IMG/VR virus record: IMGVR_UViG_3300029179_000006
Location: 1 to 43,158 of that record
Reading direction: 5' to 3' (one strand)
DNA: 43,158 bases
DNA from: a virus
Lineage: Duplodnaviria > Caudoviricetes
This document shows positions 18,136-28,344 of this stretch, piece by piece. Made by a program: the position numbers and the translations under genes. The stretch's first letter is position 1. Every line of letters begins with the position of its first letter. The notes beneath the pieces are model-generated. The model searched no databases. It was given only the letters and a program-made list of their open reading frames with translations, and was not told the origin of the DNA.

Positions 18136-19793
18136 TATTTTTTACCAAAAGGATCTTCAATTTCTTCTGGCGCCGTATATTTTGCAGAAGGCAGTGTATA
18201 ACCACTATCGACCAATTCTTTTGAGATTGCGTTCCAATCTACAGCACCAGTTTCTGGCGTTGTCGGTAATTCTCTCTGATTAATGGCTCGGTTACGTTGT
18301 GTCTGTAATTGATTTTGATAGTCTCCGAATTGTCGATAAATACCGCCACGACTTGGATCTAAATTGAATAAACCGCCTTGTCCAAAAATAGGCGCCCAAG
18401 CATTATCCATAGTTTGTCGCACTTGATCGTAATAACTTTCGGGGCTAATTTGACGATTAGCGACTTGTTGTTGTAAATTACTTAATTGGGTATTCAATGA
18501 AGTTCTAATTCCCGCAGTATCGTCACGGCCCCTCATCCCCTTGCCCGTGCTTGCTCCAGCAAAATAACCGGCATTACGCATTTGTTCGATCATTTGGTTG
18601 ATATTTTCAACTTCATATTTATTTTTGGCTGAATTCAATGCATTTGTTAAGGCAGTGGCGTCATATGCGAAGGGTTTAAACCCGCCAATATTAGTTTCGC
18701 CACCAAATAAATCTCCAGACGTATCTCCAGACAACTGTTTTAATGCTCGATACCGGGCAACTTCATCAACATTAGCTGCACCCGCTAAGGTGGGATTAAC
18801 CTCATTTTTACTCAAGAAATCTTGTAAGTTTACATCATATAGAGATGTACCAGATTTTAATCCAAGATCTTGTAAATCTGTTGCCGTTAAATTATTCTCA
18901 GTTAACCGTTGACGTAATCCATCAATATTTCCGGCAGCAGCTTGAGCGGCGGCTAACCTAGCTTCAGATGACTGTTGAATATCTTTAAGACCCATTTGAC
19001 CAACATCTCTATCTAATTCCGCAGAAGATCCTTCATTTAAAAGTCGTTGCCAATCTTGAGCACGTTGATTCGATAAATTAGTGAGTGCACTAAGTCGTGC
19101 TTGTGCAGCTTGATTGAGTCCAGATAAACCTTGTTGCTGTTGTTGAACTATATTTTGTAAATTCTGATTTAAATTCTTATTTGCTCCAGGTTGGGCCTGT
19201 AGAAACAGTTGATCTAATTTTTGTTGACCCCGACTATACGCCGGTTGTCCGTAAGCTTGACGTAATAGTTGGAATCTTCCGCCCTCAGAACCTGAAAGAT
19301 TGGCAGTATCTTGCAATTTACCGACTTGAGTTTGTATGCCTTGTTGTATTTGTTGGGTTCGTGTTCCGAGTTGATTAATGTCAGATTTATATCCCTGATC
19401 GCGCAATTTTTGAAATTCACTCAGTTGATCTTGTTGTGCGAGCAATGCTGACGGATCTTTAAATGCCGTTTGAATTTTTTGGGAACCCTCTTCTCCAAGT
19501 TTTTGTTGAAGTGGTTGGCTAGATGCATCAAGCTGTTCTTGGCTGGATTGAATTCCCTTACCCACTTCGCTAGCTTGTCGTTGAGTTTGATCTTGAATGC
19601 CTTTTGCTAGCTTTTCTCCGGCACCCCGGTTAGCTTGAAGATATTGTTGTGCGTTAGGGCGACCAGAGGGGGTAGTTCGTTGTTGTGGTTGGGCTATAGG
19701 CGCCGACCCGCCAGAACTCTGTAAAGGTTGAGAGGAACCCTGGAGATTCTCATTTTCGTCGTCATCTTGATTAAAATTGAATTCGGTGGCCAT
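18135..19793 (-). CDS. Gln-rich putative internal virion protein
   Basis: Q-rich coiled coils; preceded by the 17-bp motif. Confidence 0.55.
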   Translation of the reverse strand: MATEFNFNQDDDENENLQGSSQPLQSSGGSAPIAQPQQRTTPSGRPNAQQYLQANRGAGEKLAKGIQDQTQRQASEVGKGIQSSQEQLDASSQPLQQKLGEEGSQKIQTAFKDPSALLAQQDQLSEFQKLRDQGYKSDINQLGTRTQQIQQGIQTQVGKLQDTANLSGSEGGRFQLLRQAYGQPAYSRGQQKLDQLFLQAQPGANKNLNQNLQNIVQQQQQGLSGLNQAAQARLSALTNLSNQRAQDWQRLLNEGSSAELDRDVGQMGLKDIQQSSEARLAAAQAAAGNIDGLRQRLTENNLTATDLQDLGLKSGTSLYDVNLQDFLSKNEVNPTLAGAANVDEVARYRALKQLSGDTSGDLFGGETNIGGFKPFAYDATALTNALNSAKNKYEVENINQMIEQMRNAGYFAGASTGKGMRGRDDTAGIRTSLNTQLSNLQQQVANRQISPESYYDQVRQTMDNAWAPIFGQGGLFNLDPSRGGIYRQFGDYQNQLQTQRNRAINQRELPTTPETGAVDWNAISKELVDSGYTLPSAKYTAPEEIEDPFGKK

Positions 19794-19798
19794 AATAC

Positions 19799-19815
19799 CT
19801 AATTTAACTTGTTAA
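19799..19815 (-). promoter_or_regulatory. Conserved 17-bp motif, putative late promoter
   Basis: TTAACAAGTTAAATTAG on the - strand. Confidence 0.75.
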
Positions 19816-19816
19816 T

Positions 19817-20230
19817 TTATTGTCCAATACACTCTAGAACTAGTTTATATTTTTGTCCAGCTTGAAGTCCTGTTATATTTAATATTGTTACTATATTATT
19901 ATTTTGTATAAAACTTATGAATGGAGAATTGAGGGGATAAATTGATGTATTATTTAGATTATAAGCGGCGATGCAATTATGCCCCTGAACCTTTGTATTA
20001 AGTTCCGACCGATATTTCGTATCTATCGTCGGATTTCCCGAAGAATCGACGACAGTTTCAATTGTTTTAACTTCTCGATTAAGATTGGTAAAGTCAATAT
20101 TGCCATCCAGCGCGGACCTGGTCTGCTCCATAAAAGAATTTAAAGGAAACGCAAGCTTATCGACCGCTTCTCGCATCTCATCTTGAAAGTCTTCTTTCTG
20201 AATTCGTTTTAAATCCGGAACTCGAGCCAC
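19817..20230 (-). CDS. Tail-associated protein
   Basis: ORF directly downstream of the nozzle gene. Confidence 0.6.
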   Translation of the reverse strand: MARVPDLKRIQKEDFQDEMREAVDKLAFPLNSFMEQTRSALDGNIDFTNLNREVKTIETVVDSSGNPTIDTKYRSELNTKVQGHNCIAAYNLNNTSIYPLNSPFISFIQNNNIVTILNITGLQAGQKYKLVLECIGQ

Positions 20231-20236
20231 AGCAAA

Positions 20237-23200
20237 TTAATCCTTATAAGCGCGTTCACTAATGACGCGGAAAGTTAAAGATAATCCAAACAGTGCGAAT
20301 TTCTCTCGGCCAATTAGATGCTGGAACCTAGGCCGCAAAAACCTACATTTTTGCTTATCGCGAGGAATATAAGTTCTTAAGGGCGCCTGAGAACCTTCTC
20401 CGCCCCAGTTTTGATCTCCCCAGAAGAATTTACCCCAGTCACCGACGCCCGCCTCATCAAAATCAATGAATTCAAAATCGGGAGCTAAATCACTGGCATA
20501 TCCAACCGACGCTTGATAAAAAACCGTATTTTCAAATAAGAGAGTTCCTTCTCGAATTTGCTTCATTAGAGACGCATCTCCAAATGATTGGGGGACCCAT
20601 ACTACGTCAGATTTAATGCCGCGATATAGAACTACTGGACCCTCAATCAAATTGGTATGAAAACTTAAAATTACTTTATTACTATTTTTAACTTTTTCAT
20701 TAATTAGCGCTTCAAATGAGACTTCACCTTGAGATGTAGGAAAGTTCGTATTTTTAACTCCAGAAGCCGTATTTAATATATTAACAATAATATTAAAATC
20801 GCTTTGTAGATTAGTAAAAGAGGTTCCGCCACCTAAGCTAGATACAAATGTTGTATTATTAACTCCAGTATCGGTATCTAATTTGGCAGCAAGGTCATCT
20901 AAGGCAAAACGTAAGTTTGCACCAGATGTAACTTGTAAAGTTGAATAATAATTGTTATATGTCGGATTGGGATCAAGATCTAATTTTTGTAATAATTGAT
21001 TAAATTGATATATTGTTAGTTTTTGAGTTTGGACAATAACATCACCAAGTTCAACATCTTGTACTGAAGATAGTGTAACTGTGGTATTACTAACCCCATT
21101 TTGCGGAATAGATAAATCGTATTGACGATCAGCATAATCAGTTCGGGAGAAATTTTTCCGTTCTTGTTCAACAAAATTTTTATCGCTAGGACCTAAATAG
21201 AGTTTATTATCGGCAAAATTGACAATACCACAAGTCTTGCTAATTGACCATTTGGTCCAAGAATTAGTAAAGACATTAAATCTGAAACATTGTGTTGGAA
21301 TCGTATCATTAGTGTTTGTTACCGTCCACAAACAATAAGCGCGATCAACCTCATACGACACGCCAAAAGTATTAAATTCGAAATCATAATTAGAGCTAGC
21401 AAGTTTATCTAATTGATTTTCAATAGGTCGAGATATTACACTGACCCCGGTATCTGATACTGCAACAATGCCACCGTCGGCCCACATGTAAATTTGGTTA
21501 TTTAAAACTACAGCACTATCGGGGGCGATAAGATGTGTCGTATTGTCAAATGGGTCTAACGAAAAAGTTCCCGCTTGTCCAGTAATACGATAAATTCCAT
21601 CTTCTTTTAAAACAAATAGACTGTCTCGAAGGGGAAGAATTCGCCAAATGGCCCGGTCTTTGGGGCCAACATTAAATTTGTTAACAATCGGAACCGCTTC
21701 TGGTTGTTGAAATTTTGAATAGTATATCGCATTGGGTTCGACTTCATTCGTGGAAATAGCTGAAGTTCCAGATGTTGGGAGAACGGGATTAAATTGTGCA
21801 CCAGTCAATGATGAATTAGCCGTTAAACTAAAAGCCGCACCAGTTAGTGTCCGAGTTTTTAATAAAATTAGGCCCGGAACATCATTTGGTCCAGACAAAT
21901 AAAAAGCGTTAACAATACCAGATGTATTATTATTAATAATTTTTACTAAAGAACGAGCAGTTTCATCAATAGCTTGAGAAGGACTCGGATTTCCAGATAG
22001 TAGGACATGACCCAGCGCCTGATCTTCACCATCCCCCTGTTGCGTGATATTAATGGCAAATATACCACCGACTGGAACGGTGCCATTAACCGCGTTAGAG
22101 GTATCACCATTATTTACTGTGGTGGCCGTAACTACATTTGACGCTGTTGAAGTTGTAAAGTCAACAGTTAAATCTAACTGTGCGGCTACTGCTGCCGCCA
22201 CAGAAGCTGCGGTTGTTGCCGCTGTAATATCAACGCGAACAAACAATCGACCGACAGTATCTAAACCCGTTGGTTGAGCTGTTGTGCCAGTTTTATCAAA
22301 CCACACTACGTATTTTCGAATATTATTTGCGGCATTAATAAGAAAATAACCACCATCAGTGGTATTTGCTTTGGTATCAAATGTTAAATCAGTAATTTCG
22401 GGAACGCCGACAAATGTGTAAACATTTGTTGTAATACCTTGAGTAACAGTAATCGTCGATGTTCCACTAATTAAATCGCCGACCCCAAGCAGGGCAAGAT
22501 TTAACTGTTGATTTAATGCTGTATTGGCATAAAAAACGGTATTCTGATAAAGTGCTATATCTTGAGCAAATGGCGGGGGTGTGTTGGCTTGAAGAATTCC
22601 TTCTCCAGACACCGGATTGGAGTACAGTAATTCCCCCCCGGCACGAAAGTCTTCAGGAGTAAGGTCATTGACTGTCACATATCTAGCGGTCAATTGGCCA
22701 CTACTAGGAAAATCCTCAATTACAAGATTCATCTCGTCGCCAGGATCAAGTTCGTCAATATTAGCCGCTGGAGTCTCGCTAACCTGAGTTCTATAAATTC
22801 TGTAAAAAAATTGAGTATCAGTTGTTCCTATATCGGAAGGAACCGCAAAACCCAGATCGACCGTGCCGCTTTGGGTTGATGAAAAGTTAGTTAATACAAG
22901 ACGCGAGCTTGGTGCGCCCTCAACAAGGTTGCCATTTGTATCTTTAAATGCCCAAGTAATCCGATAGGCAACTTTGGATAGATAATTTGCTGTAGTATTT
23001 TGAAAAAAACCCGCAGTGTCATAATTAACCGATCCGGTAACATCTAGGGCTTCTGGAGCACCTGCGTTGCGGATATAACCAGAAGATCCCGTAAATTCAG
23101 AGGAAGATGTCGCCGAAATACGCTTAACGCCGGTATTACTTGTAAAATAAAAATTACCGTTTGCTTCGACTGATTTAATTCTTAATTTAGTTTGTGTTTC

Positions 23201-23485
23201 TAAATATGCACCACTAAACGCAGTTAACGCCCCGGAACCATTGTCAAATGCCAGAACATTGCTGTAATGAACAAGTAATCGTCCCTTATAGACCATTAAT
23301 TGTTTGGCTCTATCTGTGCCTAAACCAAAAGTATTAGTGTATTGAGCAAATCCGCGACGGGGCTCAATAATTCCGTTTCTATCAATTACCACATTGTCGG
23401 CGACAGATAATGCGCCTTCAGGGACTTCAGATAAATTATTGGGGTTAGTGTATAAACCGCGAGCTTTTAACATTAGGCTCTGCAC
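20237..23485 (-). CDS. Tail nozzle / tubular protein B-like
   Basis: GL...PEGALSVADNVVIDRNG.IEPRRG N-terminus; beta-propeller-like repeats (IYYSK, LFVLKEDGIYRI); follows the adaptor. Confidence 0.75.
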   Translation of the reverse strand: MQSLMLKARGLYTNPNNLSEVPEGALSVADNVVIDRNGIIEPRRGFAQYTNTFGLGTDRAKQLMVYKGRLLVHYSNVLAFDNGSGALTAFSGAYLETQTKLRIKSVEANGNFYFTSNTGVKRISATSSSEFTGSSGYIRNAGAPEALDVTGSVNYDTAGFFQNTTANYLSKVAYRITWAFKDTNGNLVEGAPSSRLVLTNFSSTQSGTVDLGFAVPSDIGTTDTQFFYRIYRTQVSETPAANIDELDPGDEMNLVIEDFPSSGQLTARYVTVNDLTPEDFRAGGELLYSNPVSGEGILQANTPPPFAQDIALYQNTVFYANTALNQQLNLALLGVGDLISGTSTITVTQGITTNVYTFVGVPEITDLTFDTKANTTDGGYFLINAANNIRKYVVWFDKTGTTAQPTGLDTVGRLFVRVDITAATTAASVAAAVAAQLDLTVDFTTSTASNVVTATTVNNGDTSNAVNGTVPVGGIFAINITQQGDGEDQALGHVLLSGNPSPSQAIDETARSLVKIINNNTSGIVNAFYLSGPNDVPGLILLKTRTLTGAAFSLTANSSLTGAQFNPVLPTSGTSAISTNEVEPNAIYYSKFQQPEAVPIVNKFNVGPKDRAIWRILPLRDSLFVLKEDGIYRITGQAGTFSLDPFDNTTHLIAPDSAVVLNNQIYMWADGGIVAVSDTGVSVISRPIENQLDKLASSNYDFEFNTFGVSYEVDRAYCLWTVTNTNDTIPTQCFRFNVFTNSWTKWSISKTCGIVNFADNKLYLGPSDKNFVEQERKNFSRTDYADRQYDLSIPQNGVSNTTVTLSSVQDVELGDVIVQTQKLTIYQFNQLLQKLDLDPNPTYNNYYSTLQVTSGANLRFALDDLAAKLDTDTGVNNTTFVSSLGGGTSFTNLQSDFNIIVNILNTASGVKNTNFPTSQGEVSFEALINEKVKNSNKVILSFHTNLIEGPVVLYRGIKSDVVWVPQSFGDASLMKQIREGTLLFENTVFYQASVGYASDLAPDFEFIDFDEAGVGDWGKFFWGDQNWGGEGSQAPLRTYIPRDKQKCRFLRPRFQHLIGREKFALFGLSLTFRVISERAYKD

Positions 23486-23488
23486 AGA

Positions 23489-24442
23489 TTAACCCCTTTG
23501 ACGATAACGACGGCTAATAAGGCCGCTTTGTAGAATGCCTCGTCGGTTTACTAGTTTAATAGGACTCTCGTCTACACGATTGTCTATAATCGTTCCAGCC
23601 CGCAACTCCATTTCGGCAGTTTTAGCCTGAGCAATCCTAAGTCCCTCAACATCGCCCTGTGCTGCAAGAATTCTTTCAGAAGTCTTTTGGGCTAAAAACG
23701 GATGTAAATCAGAGGGAATTTGTGGAATGGCGCATTGTTCTGCCAACGACACATGGTCGCCCACAATTAAATCGGCAGGAATATCACTTGGACTGAACGT
23801 CAGTGTCCGACTTGAAGCGTTAACTCCAGTCGGCGTCACATTAATCTTTAAAAGATTATGAGGGGACTGATGTTTATAGAAATCACAGGGGGTATTTGCG
23901 TCAAACGTCGTGGGCAAGACACTAACTTGAATTTCTCCTGTGGATCTATTTATATTAGTAATCACACCAACTTCATCCAGAGGAACTAATGAACTGGCGC
24001 GAATATAATAAATAAATCTTAGAGAACCAGTAGCGTCGCCACTAATGGATGGGAGTAGACCAATTTTATTGTTCATCACATAATATGAATAGGCTGTATT
24101 CATAGTATATGATCCGTTAAAGCTGGGTTTGTCCGCTAGAGTTGCTCGCGACATATATAGAACACTACCGCTTGCATCAATAAACTGAAGATCATAAAGT
24201 TTATTACCAATGGCCCTATAGGGAATTTCATACTCTGAAACTCCATTTTGGAGAGGAACATCCTGCTTAAACAGTAGGTAGTCCTCATGAAGGCTCATCA
24301 TTGCTGGAAGAACGCCTAAAGACAATTCTTCGTCAGCGAAGGCTAGAATATCAGTATCCGTATAAGTATTTTGACTTATCGGAGTTGTAATATTTCGCTT
24401 GATAGCTTCGATCAATTTATCGGAAGTGTAGTACGCACTCAT
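23489..24442 (-). CDS. Head-tail adaptor / tubular protein A-like
   Basis: Helical N- and C-termini, GVSEYEIP, IPSDLHPFL; position before the nozzle. Confidence 0.65.
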   Translation of the reverse strand: MSAYYTSDKLIEAIKRNITTPISQNTYTDTDILAFADEELSLGVLPAMMSLHEDYLLFKQDVPLQNGVSEYEIPYRAIGNKLYDLQFIDASGSVLYMSRATLADKPSFNGSYTMNTAYSYYVMNNKIGLLPSISGDATGSLRFIYYIRASSLVPLDEVGVITNINRSTGEIQVSVLPTTFDANTPCDFYKHQSPHNLLKINVTPTGVNASSRTLTFSPSDIPADLIVGDHVSLAEQCAIPQIPSDLHPFLAQKTSERILAAQGDVEGLRIAQAKTAEMELRAGTIIDNRVDESPIKLVNRRGILQSGLISRRYRQRG

Positions 24443-24445
24443 TAA

Positions 24446-24835
24446 TTAGGCTTTCATCAATTTTTCGCGCCGCTTTACTTCAAGTTCACGAATCATAGAT
24501 TCAATTTCTTCTAGATCCATATCGTCGCCCATTTCCATTTCGGGCTCACTTACTAGTGAACTATCGGATCGCAATTCGTCTTCTTTTTCTGGAAGTAGAG
24601 CTGATGCCATCTCAAGTCCTTCATGCAAAGATTCAGGATCTTTTGCGGCTACCCGGACTTCCGACATTCCCTCTTCTTTGGGCTCAAGTTTTTCGCCCAT
24701 AGCCTTCATGGCTAGATCACGTAGTTCTTCAAGAACGCTCATTTTAGCGTCTTTTTCGGCATCTACGCTGGCCGGTTTTTTGCCCATTTTGGACATCATG
24801 TTTATTGCTCCTCTGTTAGTGCCATAAGCCGGCAC
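24446..24835 (-). CDS. Acidic Met/Glu-rich hypothetical protein
   Basis: ORF within the late operon. Confidence 0.65.
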   Translation of the reverse strand: MPAYGTNRGAINMMSKMGKKPASVDAEKDAKMSVLEELRDLAMKAMGEKLEPKEEGMSEVRVAAKDPESLHEGLEMASALLPEKEDELRSDSSLVSEPEMEMGDDMDLEEIESMIRELEVKRREKLMKA

Positions 24836-25319
24836 ATATAGTTAATATAATCCCTAGACCAATTGAAATTTTTAAACATAATCTCAACTTATTAAGCTGA
24901 AGTTCTTGACGTATCAATAGATTTTTTGTGTTTTCTCGAGCAAGACTCATTTGATTTAGTGTGTCTCTTAATTCAACTAATGTTTTTGTATTAGTTTCAA
25001 TCTCGTCCACTAGCAACATTTTTTCTCTCTTAAATTCTACGTCTTGTTGTATTAACTTATGTTCTAAATCTTCAGTTTTTCGTACAAGTGCATGATCCAC
25101 TACTATAACTTGTTTCTCTACTTCTACAACTTGAATTTGCGGAGGAAGCTCGATAATTCGATCAACATACTTAATAACTTCAACAGGCTTTTCAACGACT
25201 TGAATTTCCTTTTCGGGAGCAACAAGTTTCTCTACCTCACGATCAATATAAACAATCTGAGGGACGTTTTGGGCTTTTTTTTGAACGCTATCAGCGCGAC
25301 CTATGTGTACCTTGCCCAT
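24816..25319 (-). CDS. Protein with V/E/K repeats, coiled coil and C-terminal TM
   Basis: VEKPVEVIKYVDRII-type repeats; hydrophobic C-terminus. Confidence 0.65.
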   Translation of the reverse strand: MGKVHIGRADSVQKKAQNVPQIVYIDREVEKLVAPEKEIQVVEKPVEVIKYVDRIIELPPQIQVVEVEKQVIVVDHALVRKTEDLEHKLIQQDVEFKREKMLLVDEIETNTKTLVELRDTLNQMSLARENTKNLLIRQELQLNKLRLCLKISIGLGIILTICAGLWH

Positions 25320-25796
25320 TTAACCCTTAAGCACATATTGAGAAGAAATTGTTCCGCCTGTATTACCGTTAGCGGTATATGACAATCGTACAGATTTAAT
25401 ATTAAGTGGATTAAGATTTTGATAGGCTTGACCAGATGCAGAAGATATATTAACTACTATGCCGGAGTCAACCCACAATATGTCGTCAAAACTATATTGA
25501 TAGGAAACTGTGCCGTTCAAGGCCCCAGTTACCCCAGACCAACTTATAACAAAGCCGCCCGAGCTATACTGTAAAACGTTAACGACCGAAGAGTTGGAAC
25601 TGACGGCGGCTGAAACTGAACTCAATAAAGTTTGTACGCCAGAATTCATTGGGCGAGTCTCAACACTGTCGCCGTCGTTAGCATCAAGCTCTACAGCAAA
25701 ACTAGTTGCGGCTCCAGGCACAGTTCTTAGTGCCCCGTCAACCTCCGAAAAGGAAGATTTTAAAACTTGATTTGCGTCCATTTTTGTCATTGACAT
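25320..25796 (-). CDS. Small beta-rich virion protein
   Basis: S/G/V-rich; N-terminal motif shared with 28073-28342 and 39678-40328. Confidence 0.65.
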   Translation of the reverse strand: MSMTKMDANQVLKSSFSEVDGALRTVPGAATSFAVELDANDGDSVETRPMNSGVQTLLSSVSAAVSSNSSVVNVLQYSSGGFVISWSGVTGALNGTVSYQYSFDDILWVDSGIVVNISSASGQAYQNLNPLNIKSVRLSYTANGNTGGTISSQYVLKG

Positions 25797-25805
25797 AGTT
25801 AATCC

Positions 25806-28073
25806 TTAAACTGTAGTTACCCAGGCCCTAAATTGCATTTTTCCAGATACATAGCCGGCGTAACTTGCTGATGTATATTGAACCTGACCAGCATTAGTTA
25901 CTGAAAACAAAACTAGAGAATTATCAAAAGCCCAATCCTGAGCAATATCCCAAGTTCCATTTTTCTGAATAACTTTTAATTCGCCAGATTCATATAAATC
26001 GGTAGTAGCATCAATAGTTATGCTGTATTGTATTTTAGCTGATCGAATCGTTCCAGCAAATGCTAGTCCGGTTACGTTAGCTGCGGCTACCTGGTTGTTG
26101 GCGATAGTAAAGCTTGTTTCTTGAATGTCGCCAGTTGAAAAATTGATAACGCTATCGACGTATGCTTTTGTTGCGGCATCTTGTGCGGCAGTGGGATCGT
26201 TTACGTTTATAATTTTCCTGCCGCCGAGATCAATGTCAGTTCCGCCCCAGCTTAATTTAGTGGTGCCATTTTCACTTAACTGATAATTATCCCAATCAAC
26301 TGAGATACTTCCCGCAGCATCCTTAAGATTTCCTGAGGTTAAATCAACCGTAATTCCTGCATTAACTTTTTGTAAATTGTTGGCATAAACTGTCTGCCAA
26401 GCTGACCCATTTGCTCCCAAATCGTATGTGTCGGGAGTATCAACAAGTAGATCGGCATTAATAGCTGTGGCGCCTAGATTATCTAATTCAGTTGTCGCTT
26501 TGCTATTTAATTGAGTCTGGATGGAACTTGTTACGCCATCTAGATATTGAAACTCGGTGTTAGATACGGTGCCATTCGCCAATTTGGCGGCATCAATATT
26601 CGTCGCAATTTTGGCATCCGTAACTCCTGCATCTTTAACTCTGACATTTCCGCCAGCTATTTCAAGGGTGGAATTATCAACAACTACTGATGCGGTAATG
26701 CTTGGAACACCATCATTATATGTAAAATCTATACTAGTTGAATCTAATAGGATTGTGCCTACCGCATCTTGAGCGCGTTCATCGGTATGGTAAAGGTTTG
26801 TTCCTTCAGGAATATTCGTCGTAGTTAAACTAACAATACCAGTCAAACTATTAACAGAAACAACGGAATCTGTCGTATCCGATTTTTCCCATACTCCAGA
26901 ATTATTATATATTACATAATCACCAACATCAAAGGTAATTGAGCCCGACCCTAGATTTTGAGTACCCGCTACCGACACTCGATAGACTTGACCTGTATCT
27001 CCAGTCCCATCAGCTAAAGTGGGGGAATTTGTCGATGCATTCCATACGCCTTCATATGTCATAATGGCTGAAGGCAATTGAGTAACGGGAACTTTTCCGC
27101 CACCATCAAGTGTTGCAACTCCCAGCGCCGCCCCTTTTTGGGACAAAGGAACAAAAGTTGTGTCAATATAATTTTTGGTGGCAGCATCTTGCGCAGATGT
27201 GGGATCAGTTACGTTGATTATTTTTGTATTATTGACATTTACTTGACGGCCATCTAACGATATAGCGCCCCGAGTTCCTGACGTTGTTCCACTTTGAATT
27301 GTTATATTTCCAGAATCACCCGTGGATGCGCTTCCTGTGGCAATTGTTAAACTGCCCGTGGTACTGCTGACTCCTGATCCGGTTCGTATGGTTAGTGGGC
27401 CCGAGGTTCCTGATCCGGCGCCTGTGTAATCGCCACTTTGAAGAGTTACGCCACCGCTATTATTTACTCCATCGGTAGATCCACTTTTCAAAGTTAAATT
27501 ACCGCTGTTACCACCGCCTGTCGTATCACCAGTTTGAACAGTTAATGCGGTTGATACAGTAGATGCTTCATCTCGAGTTTTAAAAATGCCAACAACGCTC
27601 GATCCAAATATTAAGGCAGCGTTAATTGCTGTACTCGCTAAATTATTGAGACTAGTGGAGGCCTTTCCATCTAATTGAGTTTGAATAGGCGATGTAACAC
27701 CGTCAAGATATTGAAATTCAGTATTATTAACAGAACCATTCGCTAATTTTGTTACATCGATCGCCGCGCCAGATTTGATCTCATTATTTTCAATATTTGA
27801 AATTAAATTTGAGTCAGCATCGATAGTTTTATTGGCTAGTGTTTGCGGTTCGGCAGATGTCGCAACTTCAATCCAGGCATTTTGGTCTTCATTCCATACA
27901 TAAATAAAAGCATTTTCATAAGTAACGCGAACATCACCATCAGTATTACCTACTAGCGGCAAATCTCCGAAACTTTCGACTGGTGCTTTCCAACCAGCGT
28001 AACCGCTGGGACCAGATGCCCCCCCAGTCAAATCAAATCCCGATAAACCTAGTGGATTGAACTTAATCCCCAT
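25806..28073 (-). CDS. Fibre protein with internal repeats
   Basis: DPTSAQDAATKNYID and DPTAAQDAATKAYVD; EFQYLDGVTS twice; GVATLDGGGKVP. Confidence 0.8.
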   Translation of the reverse strand: MGIKFNPLGLSGFDLTGGASGPSGYAGWKAPVESFGDLPLVGNTDGDVRVTYENAFIYVWNEDQNAWIEVATSAEPQTLANKTIDADSNLISNIENNEIKSGAAIDVTKLANGSVNNTEFQYLDGVTSPIQTQLDGKASTSLNNLASTAINAALIFGSSVVGIFKTRDEASTVSTALTVQTGDTTGGGNSGNLTLKSGSTDGVNNSGGVTLQSGDYTGAGSGTSGPLTIRTGSGVSSTTGSLTIATGSASTGDSGNITIQSGTTSGTRGAISLDGRQVNVNNTKIINVTDPTSAQDAATKNYIDTTFVPLSQKGAALGVATLDGGGKVPVTQLPSAIMTYEGVWNASTNSPTLADGTGDTGQVYRVSVAGTQNLGSGSITFDVGDYVIYNNSGVWEKSDTTDSVVSVNSLTGIVSLTTTNIPEGTNLYHTDERAQDAVGTILLDSTSIDFTYNDGVPSITASVVVDNSTLEIAGGNVRVKDAGVTDAKIATNIDAAKLANGTVSNTEFQYLDGVTSSIQTQLNSKATTELDNLGATAINADLLVDTPDTYDLGANGSAWQTVYANNLQKVNAGITVDLTSGNLKDAAGSISVDWDNYQLSENGTTKLSWGGTDIDLGGRKIINVNDPTAAQDAATKAYVDSVINFSTGDIQETSFTIANNQVAAANVTGLAFAGTIRSAKIQYSITIDATTDLYESGELKVIQKNGTWDIAQDWAFDNSLVLFSVTNAGQVQYTSASYAGYVSGKMQFRAWVTTV

Positions 28074-28342
28074 TAAGCGGTTCTTTCTGCTGACAACATT
28101 AACGCACGAGTGCCATCAGTATAAATAATAGTTAATTCATATAATACATTACTATTTTCTAAAAATGTATAAATCTCTGTATCGTCAGTTACGTTAGTAG
28201 TATCGACTTCCAATTCCACTCGACGACCAACTTTACCAGTTAAAAATCCGTCTACCGTTAGGGACGCATTAACATCATTATAACTATTTCGAAGAGTTTG
28301 TTCTGAATCTTTTTTAGATAGCGGTTTAAGTGTGTTTGCCAT
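28073..28342 (-). CDS. Small virion protein
   Basis: Coupled ORF carrying the shared N-terminal motif. Confidence 0.65.
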   Translation of the reverse strand: MANTLKPLSKKDSEQTLRNSYNDVNASLTVDGFLTGKVGRRVELEVDTTNVTDDTEIYTFLENSNVLYELTIIYTDGTRALMLSAERTA

Positions 28343-28344
28343 AA

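Noticed and set aside
26150-27790. Repeats in the fibre gene as DGR template/variable repeats
   Set aside because: Differences are not confined to adenines, both copies are coding, and there is no reverse transcriptase in the window
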